Below, in pieces: positions 1 through 14,325 of a stretch of DNA of 64,000 nucleotides. Each line of letters begins with the position of its first letter. The first letter of the stretch is position 1. The notes below the pieces were generated by a model. That model was not told the DNA's origin. It saw only the letters and a program-made list of their open reading frames with translations, and searched no databases. The DNA comes from Octopus vulgaris. Taxonomy: Eukaryota. Made by a program: the position numbers and the translations under genes. The stretch spans positions 92,814,001-92,878,000 of the forward strand of contig OX597823.1 of assembly GCA_951406725.2 (NCBI GenBank), in the 5' to 3' direction.

Positions 1-202
1 CAAGCAAAAAATATATATATGTATCCATCCATCCATCCATCCATACATACGTCCATACATCCATCCATCCATCCATCCATCCATCCATTCATCCATACAT
101 ACATACATACATACATACATGCATGCATTCACACATATTTATATACATATATACGTATATATTTATACATATATATATGCATGTGTGTGTATATTTATAT
201 AT

Positions 203-560
203 ACTCTTTACTCTTTTACTCTTTTACTTGTTTCAGTCATTTGACTGCAGCCATGCTGGAGCACCGCCTTTAGTCGAGCAAATCGACCCCGGGACTTATT
301 CTTTGTAAGCCCAGTACTTATTTTATCGGCGTCTTTTGCCGCACCGCTAAGTGACGGGGACGTAAACACACCAGCATCGGTTGTCAAACAATATATATGA
401 CAGGCTTCTTTCAGTTTCCGTCTACCAAATCCACTCACAAGGCATTGGTCGGACCGGGGCTATAGCAGAAGACACTTGCCCAAGATGCCACGCAGTGGGA
501 CTGAACCCGGAACCATGTGGTTGGTTAGCAAGCTACTTACCACACAGCCACTCCTGCGCC
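203..560 (-). mobile_element. tRNA-derived SINE, family A (full length)
   Basis: The minus strand starts GGCGCAGGAGTGGCTGTGTGGTAAG (A box), has GGTTCAGTCCC (B-box-like), and ends in a CAGTC-AAAT-GACTG hairpin plus an (AAAAGAGT)n tail. Many homologous copies occur in the window. Confidence 0.9.
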
Positions 561-1809
561 ATATCTATAAATATAAATATACATATGTATGCATGCACAC
601 ACACACACCTATTTGTTGTCGTAACTGAACCTCATATACCACCCCTAGAGATCTCGGACGCCAAAAATCAGGGGCCACGAAGAAGACTGCTCGTTGGCTC
701 AATTCCTTTGCCAACACTCTTATAGGTCAGACAGCATTTATGAAGCAAGCTCTTTCACTCTCTACTCTCTCCTTTTCACATACGTGTTGCCATGCTCCAT
801 GATAATGTCGTTGTTATTGTTATTATCGATGTTGTTTTTGTCAAAAAAAAAAAAGATTACTCTATTTCGCTTTGTTTAAATTGATTCGTACTTTAAATAC
901 TGAATTAAACTTTTATATATATTTTTCGTTCATATTTGAAGGTTGGTATAAATGACTAAAACAGGGAGGCAAATGGACTAAATAATAAAAGCTTTAGAAT
1001 ATTTTATCTCGTCTATTTACGACCTGACTTCAAATACAGCTTGGGTTGCCATTATCCTTTTATCTCGTCGGTGTAGTTAAAATAAGTTCCATTATTCTCT
1101 TGCAATCGATCTGGTCGATTATGACACTCTTCTGAAAGTATATATAGCTTTGTAGCTATGAAAGTATCGATATATTTGAATGCGTAAAATATATTTCAAT
1201 TGTTAATATTTCGATTTTTTGGCGACATTTTAAATCTGTTATTTTTTTTCTTTTACAGTAAATATATATATAACTATTCACCAAAACCTGAAGCTGTTAC
1301 TGTTTCACTTTATATTTCATGAGTTTCACACCTCCACTCACAACAACGCTCGATTTATAGAAATCTGTTAAGCTTCTTAACAGTGTGAGCCATACATCCA
1401 CCTGTTTGCATGAATACCAACGTGGTCTTTTTTTGTATTTTTTCCTTTTCTATTTTACATTCTCTGAATACATTTATTTTCTTTCAGATTGATCTTTCTG
1501 CGAACGATTTCGTTCAACAACTAACCAATAAATATTACTGTCACAGCCACAATATCAGGGAAAGACTTCATGCTTTAGGAAATGAAACACCCCACCCACC
1601 TCGATCATTTTAATTAAATCGGACAATCCAAACATTATGTTTCCCTTTGACACTACAATCAACAAAATGTTTAACTAACGCTAAAATCTAAAATTAGTAA
1701 GTCTTGAAGGAATGACACTGCCCCCAAATCAGCCAAAAAATCTTTCCTAATAACAATGATCATAATAATAATGATGATGATGATAATGACTATCATTATT
1801 ATTATTATT

Positions 1810-2530
<721 letters not shown>

Positions 2531-2699
2531 CATATTATTAATCGTTTCAGTTTAAATAATTTATTGAACCGAAAGCCCCGAATAGACACGGAGTACAAAA
2601 TATTCTCTAAGGCAACGAGAAAGAAAACGTGTGGTATGTGAAAGACATGCTATACAATAATGAGGAACGGCTGTGAATTTTTATAAATGCCCGAATGAA

Positions 2700-3700
2700 G
2701 ATTTTAAATATATATTTAGGCAATTATTTGTATGAAATAACTAAGGCTTTCAATAAAACATACAAATTTAGGCAAGATATAATTAAAACAAAAGAAAGCT
2801 GGCAAAATGTTTTCTTGTTAGGACTGTTTAGCAAACCACACGTCTTTACCTTTTGGCCAGTTTTCGAGTTGGTCTCCTGTTCGATGAAAAGAGCCAGTTT
2901 AGAATATTTTAAGTCGGTTGTGATTAAAAAACATTAAACATCTCCAGGGTAAGATTGTTTTAATTCATATTGTAGTGTCTTTGTTTGACTTTTACAAACA
3001 ACTGCATGATGCCTGTAATCTAAAACATAACCAGACTTGTTTTGTTTTAAATTCTTTTGAAAATTACTTGCACTACAAACACGTTATTTTGTCGATATGC
3101 TGTTAGATTGATTTTTCGAAGGAAATTGAAACTTATTTCGGTGTCCTTCTCTTCATTTTCGATATTTTATTGAGAAGTGTTATCCTTGTTTTAAAGCAAT
3201 TTTTTCTCGTTCCCGTCTTTCAATATTTTGTGTTGCGCCTCCTTTTCTTGAAAGCTGTTCCTTTATTGTCTCCTTCCGGTTTGTATATTTTCGAATGCAA
3301 CCTTCTTTTTGATACGTTAAAAGAGAATAGAATGGTGAGACTTGTTACGGTTTGTAGACGAAACGTTTGTGCTTTTGTTTCGAAATAAATCTAAAACCTA
3401 TTTTTCATTGCAGCTACAACGTTTTGACGGGAGATGACCTGTTTGGAAACTTTCACTTTTTTTTTCTTTCGCTTCCTCAGTAGGTCTTCATTACTTTTCG
3501 CTCTGTCATTTTAGTTCTTCAGGACAAAAGACTGCGAAAATTAACAAAGTATATATCTTGCGGTGTATCATCATTCTTGCTGTAGCCTTTCGGGTTTATT
3601 AAGACTTGCAAATCTTTTTTGCCGCTGCCCGACCAAATATCACCTTTCGTTAACCCCGCTTAAAACACTCAACCACACAAGAATACCAAACTGTCTATTA
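2700..3700 (-). pseudogene. possible highly decayed RLE-type (R4-like) LINE fragment
   Basis: Minus-strand remnants DTEISFNFLRKINL..NVFVVQ and CSC.CKSQTKTLQ resemble the pre-CCHC region of R4-type ORFs. Many frameshifts. Confidence 0.3.
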
Positions 3701-4026
3701 TATTTTCACCCTACAATTTCTGCCACCCATGTACTGTGAAGCAAATCTATAACTGTAGGATTGTCTTACAATATCTGCTTGTAGATACGAAGTTTCAGCT
3801 TTGAAAATACAGAGAATACAACCGAAACTTATCTCTCTTTCGATTGAAAGGAATTTACCTAAGGATGTGTCGGTTGCAATTCTTACCACAAAAAATAAAT
3901 GTCTTCCCATTTGTTCTAAACTGCATGCAGATAGTTAATATATCTTATATTCTCTTTGCTCTCTCTCTCTCTCTTTCTATCTATCAATCTACCTACCTGT
4001 TTGTCTCACTCACTCAGACACACTCA

Positions 4027-4094
<68 letters not shown>

Positions 4095-4754
4095 CATTAG
4101 TTCCTACAGCAATGAAACACTGTTCTCCCAAGAGAACTGTGTTGTTCCTAAACAAACTCTTTAAGTGTTATAGAGGCAAGAGTTGCTTCAACTTAGCTAT
4201 TATAGGAGCCGATCTAAAGATTAAATGCCGCCACTGATGTGATCTATGGTTTTGTTACTCCCGCTATCTTCAGAATTACCTGTTATAAAGTTTCAAACGT
4301 TTTAGGGTATTACAACGTTTCGGTTTCTTATTTTGGTTCATTCAGCTGTGTATTCCGTTATCGTGGCATTCTGTTCTTCTGTTACCTTTGTTAGCTATGG
4401 TAATGCTGTATTGCATACGGTAATTATGTTTGGAAGTCATCTGTTAAGTTAAAATTGTGCTTCTGTTTAAATAAAATTGTGTTCGAAACAAAATAATTTT
4501 TTTAACTTTTTCTCCTCCTAAGTTGCGAAGACACGGTTTCCACAAGGCATTTTATTACTCTTCAGCAAGTACTCCAAATATAGTTTTATTTAGTAATGCT
4601 GTAAATATGGTGCGACTTTGTGACAGATAAACATGCATGTGAACGCTTCAACAAGAAATAATAACAGTAAAAATGATAATAATAATAGCAATAAAAATCA
4701 GAATAATGGTACTAATAAAATTAATAACGGTGATGTTGATAACAGCAGCAATAT

Positions 4755-4775
4755 TACTATTATCATTATTATTAT

Positions 4776-4836
<61 letters not shown>

Positions 4837-4886
4837 TCTTCTTCTTCTTCTTCTACTACAACTACTACTACTACTTCTTCTACTAC

Positions 4887-4937
<51 letters not shown>

Positions 4938-5092
4938 TACTACTACTACTATTATTATTATTACTATTACTACTACTACTACTATTATTATTACTACTAC
5001 TACTACTATTATTATTATTATTGTTACTACTATTATTATTATTTATTATTATTATCATTTATGATGATGATGGTGGTGATGATGATGATGAC

Positions 5093-5140
<48 letters not shown>
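4755..5140. repeat. compound ACT/TCT/ATT/GAT microsatellite
   Basis: Direct reading. Confidence 0.97.
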
Positions 5141-5544
5141 AATAACGGCAGGAGCAGCAGCAGTAACTGTGTCAATATTTTGTTCAAACTACCAATATCA
5201 ATTATTAACATTTCAGGTTTGCTTTTGCTCTGGAAAAAGGACATCAAACGAAAATGAATTAAAGGTATCTTTCGTTTCCGGTACACAGACTACCAACGAA
5301 TTATTCCATATTTCACGTCTGCTTTTGATTTTATGTGCCTGCAAAAAAAAAAAAAAAATTACAATTATAACAATTCGAACAATATCATCCATACGGAAAA
5401 AATACGGTCATATTTCGTGTTAGCATTTATTTTTCCCCTTTCTATTTTATTCCAATAGTCGTAGGTCGCTGTTGAAATAGCAGAATAATGGCCTGATAAA
5501 AGAGTTAACGGTGTTTAATTTGTTCTTTTCTGTTCTTACTTTAA

Positions 5545-6060
5545 AATCCTCACTGTGGTCCTATTTTTTCTTTCATCCATCATGAGTGGATATCAGGAAT
5601 TACCAGTCAGGTATTGGGGTCGACTACGACGATTGGCCCTTCTTGGGACATTCATTACACTCATGCCTTGAAAATGTCACGAGCTATAGAAATTAACACA
5701 GTCTCTAGGATGCATAGCTGGCTGAGACGAGAACAGCAACAATTGATTGGGAGACGTTTTTGTGAGCCACAGTGGTTGCTTTGGTGTGAAAACGGGGATT
5801 TTATTGATTTTGGGGGACATTTGGGGGTCTAGATTGGACGCCTTTTGCCCGATTTCAATCAAATTTTCAACATAATAAAGTGGAAGTGGATTTGTAATTT
5901 AGGCGCGGAAAATGGGTTCGAAATTTTGAAAATTAAGGCAGGTTTTTGAAGTTGAAAACTTTGGTGTCCATTCGCGGAGTCATTTCAGTGGTGATCATTG
6001 CCCAAATATTCCGGGCAAAATATTTTTACTACCCACTTGTGGGTAGTAAAGAAATAAAAA
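5545..6060 (-). mobile_element. Helentron/DINE-1-like non-autonomous element
   Basis: Terminal hairpin TTTTTACTACCCAC-TT-GTGGGTAGTAAAGAAATA at 6023-6056, an internal CCGATTTCAATCAAATTT motif, and a degenerate sub-terminal repeat near 5560-5580. Confidence 0.45.
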
Positions 6061-6199
6061 TTTATTAACTCAAGTCATAAAAGATAATTAACTGACATCT
6101 CGTGGGTTGAGCTGTTTAATGGAACAGTCGTTAAACCATCCAAGCCAAGCACTAACGAAATATTAGTCCTGTGTATTGTATGTAAGAATCGAAACAGTT

Positions 6200-6440
6200 G
6201 ACAAGGCACGTCCCTTAACCCCTTGGAAGTCGCTGGAGCGCTGGAGTCATGCAGCATATCTAGGTCGCGAAATCCTATCGGAAATTATCTCACTCTAGGT
6301 TAAACTCAGTTCTACAGCCGAGTGGACTGGAGCAACGTGAAGTGAAGTGTTTTGCTCACGAATACAACGCATCACCAGGTCCAAGAATCGAAACCACAAT
6401 CTTACGATCGTAAGCCCAACTCCCGGAAAACTAACGAAGC
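6200..6440 (-). mobile_element. decayed tRNA-derived SINE, family D
   Basis: Shares TCTACAGC.GAGTG.ACTGGAGCAACGTGAA with the SINE at 50838-51165. Confidence 0.7.
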
Positions 6441-7344
6441 CACGTGTGTAAATAGGAAACTATGACTGAAATTCTTTTTCTGTATTATTAACTGTAGAAC
6501 TCTCTACATAGTCCCTGAATATATCACTTAGCAATCTAACATCTATACCTACATCGAAATTCACTACTTTCTTTTGATTTTGTTTGAGGAATCAGAAAAT
6601 ATCTCTTTTCAGTGCTTGACAATTTAAAATGTTGTAGAGCTGTGCACTTATGTCGATAATGCGTGTATATGCATGAACCATCAGTAGCAACACTCAAAAT
6701 AGTTCTCATCTATAATGCGAGTAACTAAGAAAGGTTTCCCATTTTGTGACATTTCAAAAGACTTCTTTTCCTTTAAAATCCATTTTGTGTATCGTATTTA
6801 AGATAAAAAATACTTTTATGTCGTCTAACTAAGAAGTGACTCTTAATATACTTTGTACGTAAATAAGCAACTTTAACTTTCTGCTCACACGATACGGCTT
6901 CCTTTTTTTCCATAAACTTAACACAGATAAATATATCTCCTGAAATGCATTCATCTGGGAATCTTCGCATACACACTTTTTATATCCTGCATTTTCGCCT
7001 AAGCGAAATTTTAAACCGAGCATCAATCTTGGAGCCACGTTTGCACCGCACACTGCACTACCTGGACCAAAAATAATTTCATGCAACTCGATACCTCAAC
7101 TATAATAATTGCAGCATCAGTATGTATATTTAGCTATTCAAGAAACACAACCTGAATAATATTATATATTTGGAAATGCTGAACTTAGCTAAGTACAATT
7201 AAAACAAAAATAAAATGCGAGTTATTTTCCTGTCAGTGTTTCAACCTCTATATTACTCACGGTGCTTCACATATCGCAGAGGGTAACACTTGATCTGAAT
7301 GAAAGCTGAGAGCTGTTTCTGAACGGTATGTTTCTACTTTTCTT

Positions 7345-8170
7345 TTAGCCTCAGACTAGGAGATGAAAGTGGACCTGAGAGGCAGACTAATCTTCACCAA
7401 GGCACCCAGGCGTGTTCCTGTTCTCCAGAAATATGACAACAATCATCCTGGGCAAATTCATAAAGCTCTGGTAGTACAGAGTCGATATTTCCGACGAGGT
7501 AGATCAAAATAGCAGGGCTCAGTCGATCAGCTACGTAGCAAGGGCTCGGAGGCACATGGCCTAGTGGTTAGAGCAGCGGACTCGCGGTCGAGGAATCACG
7601 GGTTCGATTCTCAGATCGGGCAATGTGTGTGTTTATGATCGAAACACCTAAGCTCCACGCGGTTCCAGCGGAAGGTAATGGCGAACTTCTGCTGTCTCTT
7701 TCTCCACAACTTTCTCTCACTCTTTCCTCCTGCATCTTGCAGCTCACCTGCGATGGACCGGGTCCCGTCCAGGTGGGGAACCTATACGCCAAGGAAACCG
7801 GGAAACCGGCCCTTATGAGCCAGCCATGGTTCGAGAAGGAACAAATAAACCCAAGAGCTTGCATGCAGCGTCATTCCCCATTGAAGTTAGCTTCCATCTA
7901 CACCAGTGCATTATTTCCTGCAGAAGACACGTCTGAAATCTAGACCACTGAAGAAAGCCACCAAAGAAACAGGAAAGGCAGCTGAAACTACCTCAAACTG
8001 GATGTGGTTGATATGAGAACGCACGTGTGTCCTTTACGTCCTCGCCGTCCCGCTCAGATGAAATGTAAAGGCTAAGAGGGGGAGAAGCTTCTAGCCCGTA
8101 TGATATGGATGGTTTTCCAGCAATGGATTTTAACAAAGCTTGTCAAACCTGTGAGTGACCCATGCAGCTT
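7345..8170 (+). pseudogene. HERO/NeSL-like RLE LINE 3' relic interrupted by a SINE
   Basis: Remnants D*EMKVDLRGRLIF (~7357-7400) and LKKATKETGKAAETTSNWMWLI (~7948-8015) match C-terminal motifs of HERO-type elements. Confidence 0.5.
7548..7850 (+). mobile_element. tRNA-derived SINE, family C
   Basis: A box TGGCCTAGTGG and B box GGTTCGATTCT, with a 3' CTGCGATGGACCGG..CCCGTCCAGG..GAAACCGG segment. TSD-like CAAGGGCT/CAAGAGCT. Decayed relative near 39590-39690. Confidence 0.85.
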
Positions 8171-10173
8171 CTACATGGGGCAAAGCACCTCTGATATTTA
8201 TTTAACCTATTCATTTCACCTACACATTGAGAAAATGAGTGGCTGGTGTTGCACGCCGTATGTTAGGATGCACACAGCTGCATGCACTTACAGCTGTTTA
8301 GTGGAATTCATATTTCTTTGTCCTTTGTGAGCATTATCAATTCTAATTCTTTCCAAATATCAATATAAACACAAGAGACTTGATTTTTTTATGCCAGGAA
8401 AATATACGTAACGCATGCGTATTGATTATATAGAAAAGAAATCGCAAATATAAAAATGGCTACTTCTGAAAAAAGCTGTTAATACAAGGGAGATAACTGA
8501 TCTATTGCAACAAGAAACTGGATCAGAAATTTTAATTTGAAATTGACGGATACGTGGAAGTAATACGTGCTGTTCCAATATTTAATTCTTTTCATTATTA
8601 TTAAGACTTTACAATTTTTTTATTGTAGGTAACCATGTAAAGTATTTGTTCATTCTTTTTAGAAATATTCAGTATCACATAACATTAACTAGATATATTA
8701 CAAATTAGATATATTACAAAAAGTAGAATTTAATCAAAATTTAAGATGGAATTCATTACAGTCTGTAAGAAATCCATTAGTTGTTCTTTTCTTCACAGAG
8801 CATTGGCAGTCTAAGACGCGCATTCCAGAAACTTTGTAATATAGATGGGTATATTGCGTGTATCATACAGGAAAAAGAAATTACGTAAACCTGTAGAAGC
8901 CTAATTCAATATGCGAGAAAAGCATTCCAGTATATTTGTTCTGATAGTTTTGTAATTGATGATAAACAATATAGTTATCATTAATCTAACAGCTAAACCA
9001 AACTCTTGAAGTAGCTGACAACTGACGATATTCTATTCCAACATCATGTTTTCTCATATATTTGAAACGAACAAATGAAATTTTAAGTAATTTCGATGAG
9101 AGATATTTCATGGAGAGAATTTTTCGCAGGAATATCAAACAAAACAAACTAAAATATCTCAAATATACCCATTGAAAATATCATTATATATATATATCTC
9201 AATCTCCTCACCAACAAATTGTATGTATATTTGCATCTATCTATCTATATGTGTGTTTTTATTTTATATGTAGGACATTTTGTCAGTGGATGTGTTTGTG
9301 GAGTTGTTACCTAACTCCTCCTACATCGTTTTATCAATTTTGATGAAACTGTACACGTGAGTAGATCTCATGTCTGGAAACCTGATGACATACTCAGACC
9401 ATTGAAACATCGATAATAGGGTTCCTGGAAGGGATCCTTATATATATATATCTAATATATTTTAATCTAAAGACCAAGGGAAATAACCCTTTTGCATTGG
9501 AAGGGATCCTTATATATATCCAAGGGAAATAACCCACTCATTTTCTTAAATCATTTGTTAAAAATGAAATTGAGTATGATTATTTCTTAGTATTTGAACT
9601 GTTAGAGTTATTTTCGCAATTTATCCAGTACAACCCTTACACAGGTAAATAGCATTCTCCTAAACGATAGATCCACTTATTTCGGTTAGTGACTTATTCA
9701 CGAATATACCACCACTAGCGCCGCTGAGGATAATATTTTCTAGGAATGCACAAAAGTCCTTCTCAGAGATATTTACTTTGAATTGTTATTATTTCATATC
9801 TGATTAGACTGTTATTACGTAACTTGCCTCACGATTTTAGTATACATACCATATAAGTATTTCCTCCTCTGTTCTATATACTCTGGGAACGCATTAAACC
9901 CTTTTCGGGGCTACTTTATTTGAATTCTTACTATCGGGTAACTAATTTCATGTTATTACATAAGTGACTTCACAATTCGGGTATTCATAACTTATTGGGA
10001 ATTCATAAAAACAAGATCCTGTGTAAGACAGTTCAGTATTCTGAGTAAATGCGCAAAAACCGTTTTAAGGGCTACAAACTTTGTATCGTTGTTACTGGAT
10101 CAGCGAAACAATTATGAGAACGGAACCAGGAATAAGCTCCGCTTTCTCCGGGAATTACCGGGTACATCAGCTA

Positions 10174-10210
<37 letters not shown>

Positions 10211-10502
10211 TGTCTGCCTCTCTGTATATTCAACTCTCATTTTTGTTTCTTTCTCTTTCTCTTTTCTTCTCTCTTTATATAAATACTCACACACTCACAC
10301 ACACACGAACATTCCCATACACACACATATATTCGTATATATATGCTTGAACATAGGTCAATGTAGGCATGTATGTGTATAATATGCATACACATATCTA
10401 AAACTTTCATACAGGCATTCACATATTGACAATCTTACTTCATATCTTCGTCTCTCTATATTTTTATCTGTATGCTAATGGATATACTTTGCAGCTACAC
10501 AT

Positions 10503-10766
10503 TTACTCTTACTCTGTAATCTTTTACTCGTTCCAGTCATTTGACTGCGGCCATGCTGGAGCACCACATTTAGTCGAGCAAATCAACCCCAGGACTTATT
10601 CTTTGTAAGCCTAGTACGTATTCTGTCGGTCTCTTTCGCCAACTTGCTAAGTTACGGGGACGTAAACACACTAGTATCGGTTGTTAAGCGATGTTGGGGT
10701 GGGGACAAACACAGACACAGAAACGCACATATATATATATAAATAGGAAACTGAAAGAAGCTCGTC

Positions 10767-10818
<52 letters not shown>

Positions 10819-11203
10819 GACGGGCTTCTTTCAGTTTCCTATTTCTTTGTTGCCCACAAGGAGCTAAACATAGAGGGGACAAACAAGGACAGACAAAGGG
10901 ATTAAGTCGATTACATCGACCCCAGTGCATAACAGATACTTAATTTATCGACTCCGAAAGGATGAAAGGCAAAGTCGACCCCGGTGGAATTTGAACTCAG
11001 AACGTAGCGGCAAACGAAATAGCGCTAAGAATTTTCGCCCGGCACGCTAATGTTTCTGCCAGCTAGCCGCCTTTCAATTTCCGTCTACCAAATCCACTCA
11101 CAAGGCTTTAGATTACACTTGCCCAAGGTGCCACGCAGTGGGACTGAACCCGGAACCATGTGGCTGGTAAGCAAGCTACTTACCACACAGCCATTCCTGT
11201 GCC
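10503..11203 (-). mobile_element. SINE family A with nested SINE family B (10840-11070)
   Basis: Family A tail and head are separated by (TA)n and a family B copy. Confidence 0.85.
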
Positions 11204-11882
11204 TATGGAATTTCATAATAATGAGCCCCCTACAAACAACTTATATGCACTTACGTGCATTAACACTGCAATGAATTTCGATAATTAATTTACATTTATG
11301 TAATATAACACTGCATTAATTAATGATGTATGTTGATTTTAATTGGAACCAGAAGATATGTATGAATCTATTGGGATCAATATATGGTGAAAATTATGTT
11401 CTTAAAGAACGATAACGGTGCTTTGAATCACCCACGCAGCCATTTAAGTTCTCGGAACAAATGAAATACACCAAGAACGTAAATTTTAAGCGCAGGTTTA
11501 TTGCGAAAAGTTTGATGAAGACAACAATATTCAGTTTTTAAAAGAAAATAAATATTGGTTCTCTGCAGCATTTCCAATAAGCAGGTGGCCATCACAAGAA
11601 ATTCTAAAAGTCTAGTCAAGGAAAGAAATCATACACGTTTACAAGCGTACAGGTATATAACACACATAGTTATATATAACTTCATATTCACGTTTACGTA
11701 TAAAGTTTTACAGAAACATACATGTACGACTGGCATTGATAACAAAGCAACCACCTATAACATACATATATAACAACTCTGCTATGTTGATTAATAGCAT
11801 TTTCTTCCATACACACACAAAGACACTCACGCACAGACACACACGTATATATATACATACATCCATGAACACATGCACACAC

Positions 11883-11924
<42 letters not shown>

Positions 11925-12355
11925 AAGAATAAATACGTATATACATATATACATACATACATAATAAGATGCAAATATACACTTATATATGTTTCAATGT
12001 AATCATTGTTTCGCTAACCACCTGTCCTTTTAATACATTGATATTCTCTAAGAAATAGTTTTCTATGTTCCATAGTCGAATAAAGTTATTGCCTAAGAAA
12101 TAAATTGTGTCGCACATTCCTTACAAGATAACGGTATAATCACAAAGTCGTATTTATGGAGATAATTGTCGAAGGTGTAAATAACAGAATGGAATGACGT
12201 CGGAAAAAGTTTTCAAAATAAATATTCACTTTGGCGAAGGATTCAATAATATTTTTTCACTCTCTCTCTCTCTATTTAACTCGAGTACATGTATATACTC
12301 AGACACATACGGATGTATAAATATGTTTGTATATACGTCTATATGTCTATCACGC

Positions 12356-12399
<44 letters not shown>

Positions 12400-12679
12400 T
12401 ATTCCTATACACACACACACATATGCGTGTGTGTGTATGGTGTGTGTGAAAAAGAGAGCTAAAGAGAGGCGGGAGGAGGGAGATAGACAGAAAGTAAGAT
12501 TTTGACACGAATGTACTCCTGTCTGTCTGCCTGTGTAGGAAGACAAAATTGTGTTGTGTTGTACTGCCTGTTTCCCAACTATTCTCTAACAGAGACATCA
12601 GTCTGATTTTGTCTTCTATTGAAACCAGCGGTGTTACAGTTCAGGTGACGCCATTTTGATACGACTAGCGCTACAAAGG

Positions 12680-12990
12680 AGGCGAGCTGGCAGAAACGTT
12701 CTTATGCAGGGCAAAATGCTGAGCGGCATTCACTCTGTCCAAACAGAACGAGTTCAAATCCCACCGATATCGACCTTGCCTTTCATCATGTCGAAATCGA
12801 TAATGTGAGAACCAGTTGAGCACAGTTGGCGAATTAATCGACTTATCCTTCTCTCCGATATTGCTGGCTCTTTGAAAAACTTCATCAACCCCGAAAATAT
12901 AAAAGGCAAATTGGACCTCGGCAGAATTTGAACTCAGAACGTAAACGAAATGGCACTAAGCACATTGCCATCGATTCTCTTACATCACCG
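12680..12990. mobile_element. two decayed SINE family B fragments in opposite orientation
   Basis: GGCGAGCTGGCAGAAACGTT head on +, and ACCTCGGCAGAATTTGAACTCAGAACG on -. Confidence 0.7.
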
Positions 12991-12996
12991 TCTTTA

Positions 12997-13294
12997 ATAC
13001 TACTACTACTACTGCTGCTGCTGCAACTACTACTACTACTTCTACTACTACTACTACTACTGCTGCTGCTGCTACGAATACTACTATTACTGCTGCTACT
13101 ACTACTACTTCTGCTGCTGCAGCTACTGTTGCTGCTACTAATACTACTATTACTGCTGCTACTAATGCTTCTGCCGCTACTACTGTTACTACTACTTCTA
13201 TTCCTGCAATTACTACTACTACTACTACAACTACTACTACTACTACTACAAATACTACTACTGCTGCTGTTACTACTACTTCTATTCCTACTAT

Positions 13295-13330
<36 letters not shown>

Positions 13331-13337
13331 AACAACA

Positions 13338-13389
<52 letters not shown>

Positions 13390-13416
13390 ATAATAATAAT
13401 AATAATAATGATAATG
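12997..13416. repeat. compound (ACT)/(GCT)/(AAT)n microsatellite
   Basis: Direct reading. Confidence 0.97.
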
Positions 13417-13421
13417 ACGTT

Positions 13422-13730
13422 ACAGAGATTTTCAAAATACAAAGACCTGGAAATAGAGGTAACTCGAATGTGGAGACTAAGAACCAACAAATCCTATCAT
13501 AGTAAGCGCATTTAGTATGATAAAAAAAATATCAGGACTAACAAATATATATAACACAGAAACTAGCACTACTAGGCACAGCACACATTCTACGTAAAAC
13601 ACTGTTAATACAGTAACCATAAGAGCATCATAGTAAACCACAACACATACCCAAGGCCCAAGGTACACAAAGCTGTGCTCCGTAGTGCAGTGAAACAACG
13701 TGATATAATTAAGACTACTGAAAAATAATA
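13422..13730 (+). mobile_element. R4/Dong-like LINE 3' end (RLE endonuclease C-terminus plus 3' UTR)
   Basis: KYKDLEIEVTRMWRLRT ... QKLALLGTAHILRKTL*. Starts right after (AAT)n. Confidence 0.8.
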
Positions 13731-13734
13731 ATGG

Positions 13735-14312
13735 TTTCATTTCTGTAGTTAGTTCTCTGTCAGATTCTAACACTCCGAGATACTTGTAGCTCTCACCTGC
13801 TTCCAATGGTTTTAATGACTGGCCATCTGGTAACTGGATGCCTTCACAATCGACTACCTGTACTCTTCTCATGACTAATATTTCACACTTATGTATGCCA
13901 AATTCCTCGCCTGTATCTTTGTTGAAGAGTCTTAGAATCTGTATTAAGGAATCTATATTCTTTTCATTCTTACTAAAAAGCTTCTAGTCATCCATGTAGA
14001 GCAAATGGTTAATTTATCCTTTGGTATTTCTGAGCTGATGCCCTACCTTTGTCTTCCTGAATGCTAAACAAACAAGTCTCCCAGAAGAATTCCTCTTTTG
14101 AAACATCTGAGTAGAAATCTACTTTCTATTTATTCTTGCTAAAGCTAATTAATTCTATATGCTGATTACATTCAAAACATTTACTTATCCATGAATGTGC
14201 GAACATATCACAGGATTTCCTATAATCTATCTATGCCATTGTTAGATCTTTTTTTTTCTTTCTAGCATTTACTTCATTTGAAACTGCTTTGTGTATATAT
14301 AATAGATCATGC
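13735..14312 (-). pseudogene. R4/Dong-like LINE reverse transcriptase fragment
   Basis: Motifs IDYRKSCDMFAHSWI, RGILLG, NHLLYMDD*KL, FGIHKC and YKYLGVLE. Continues past the Chapaev-like insertion at ~16486-16525. Confidence 0.8.
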
Positions 14313-14325
14313 AATCTATATATAA

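Noticed and set aside
1488-1613. Isolated acceptor-plus-ORF exon candidates (also 5217-5264, 8799-8888, 57490-57600, minus 61441-61510)
   Set aside because: No recognisable protein similarity or consistent exon chain. Such signals arise by chance in AT-rich DNA.
4633-5423. Long poly-T/L/I/S/D ORFs (also 12885-13515, 17601-17894, 61441-61703)
   Set aside because: Translations of trinucleotide microsatellites, open in several frames on both strands.
7548-7625. tRNA-like sequences (also heads at 490-560 and 51090-51165)
   Set aside because: These are SINE heads continuing into body and tail, not functional tRNA genes.
9378-9425. CTGATGA...GAAA hammerhead-like spacing
   Set aside because: Stems II and III do not pair.
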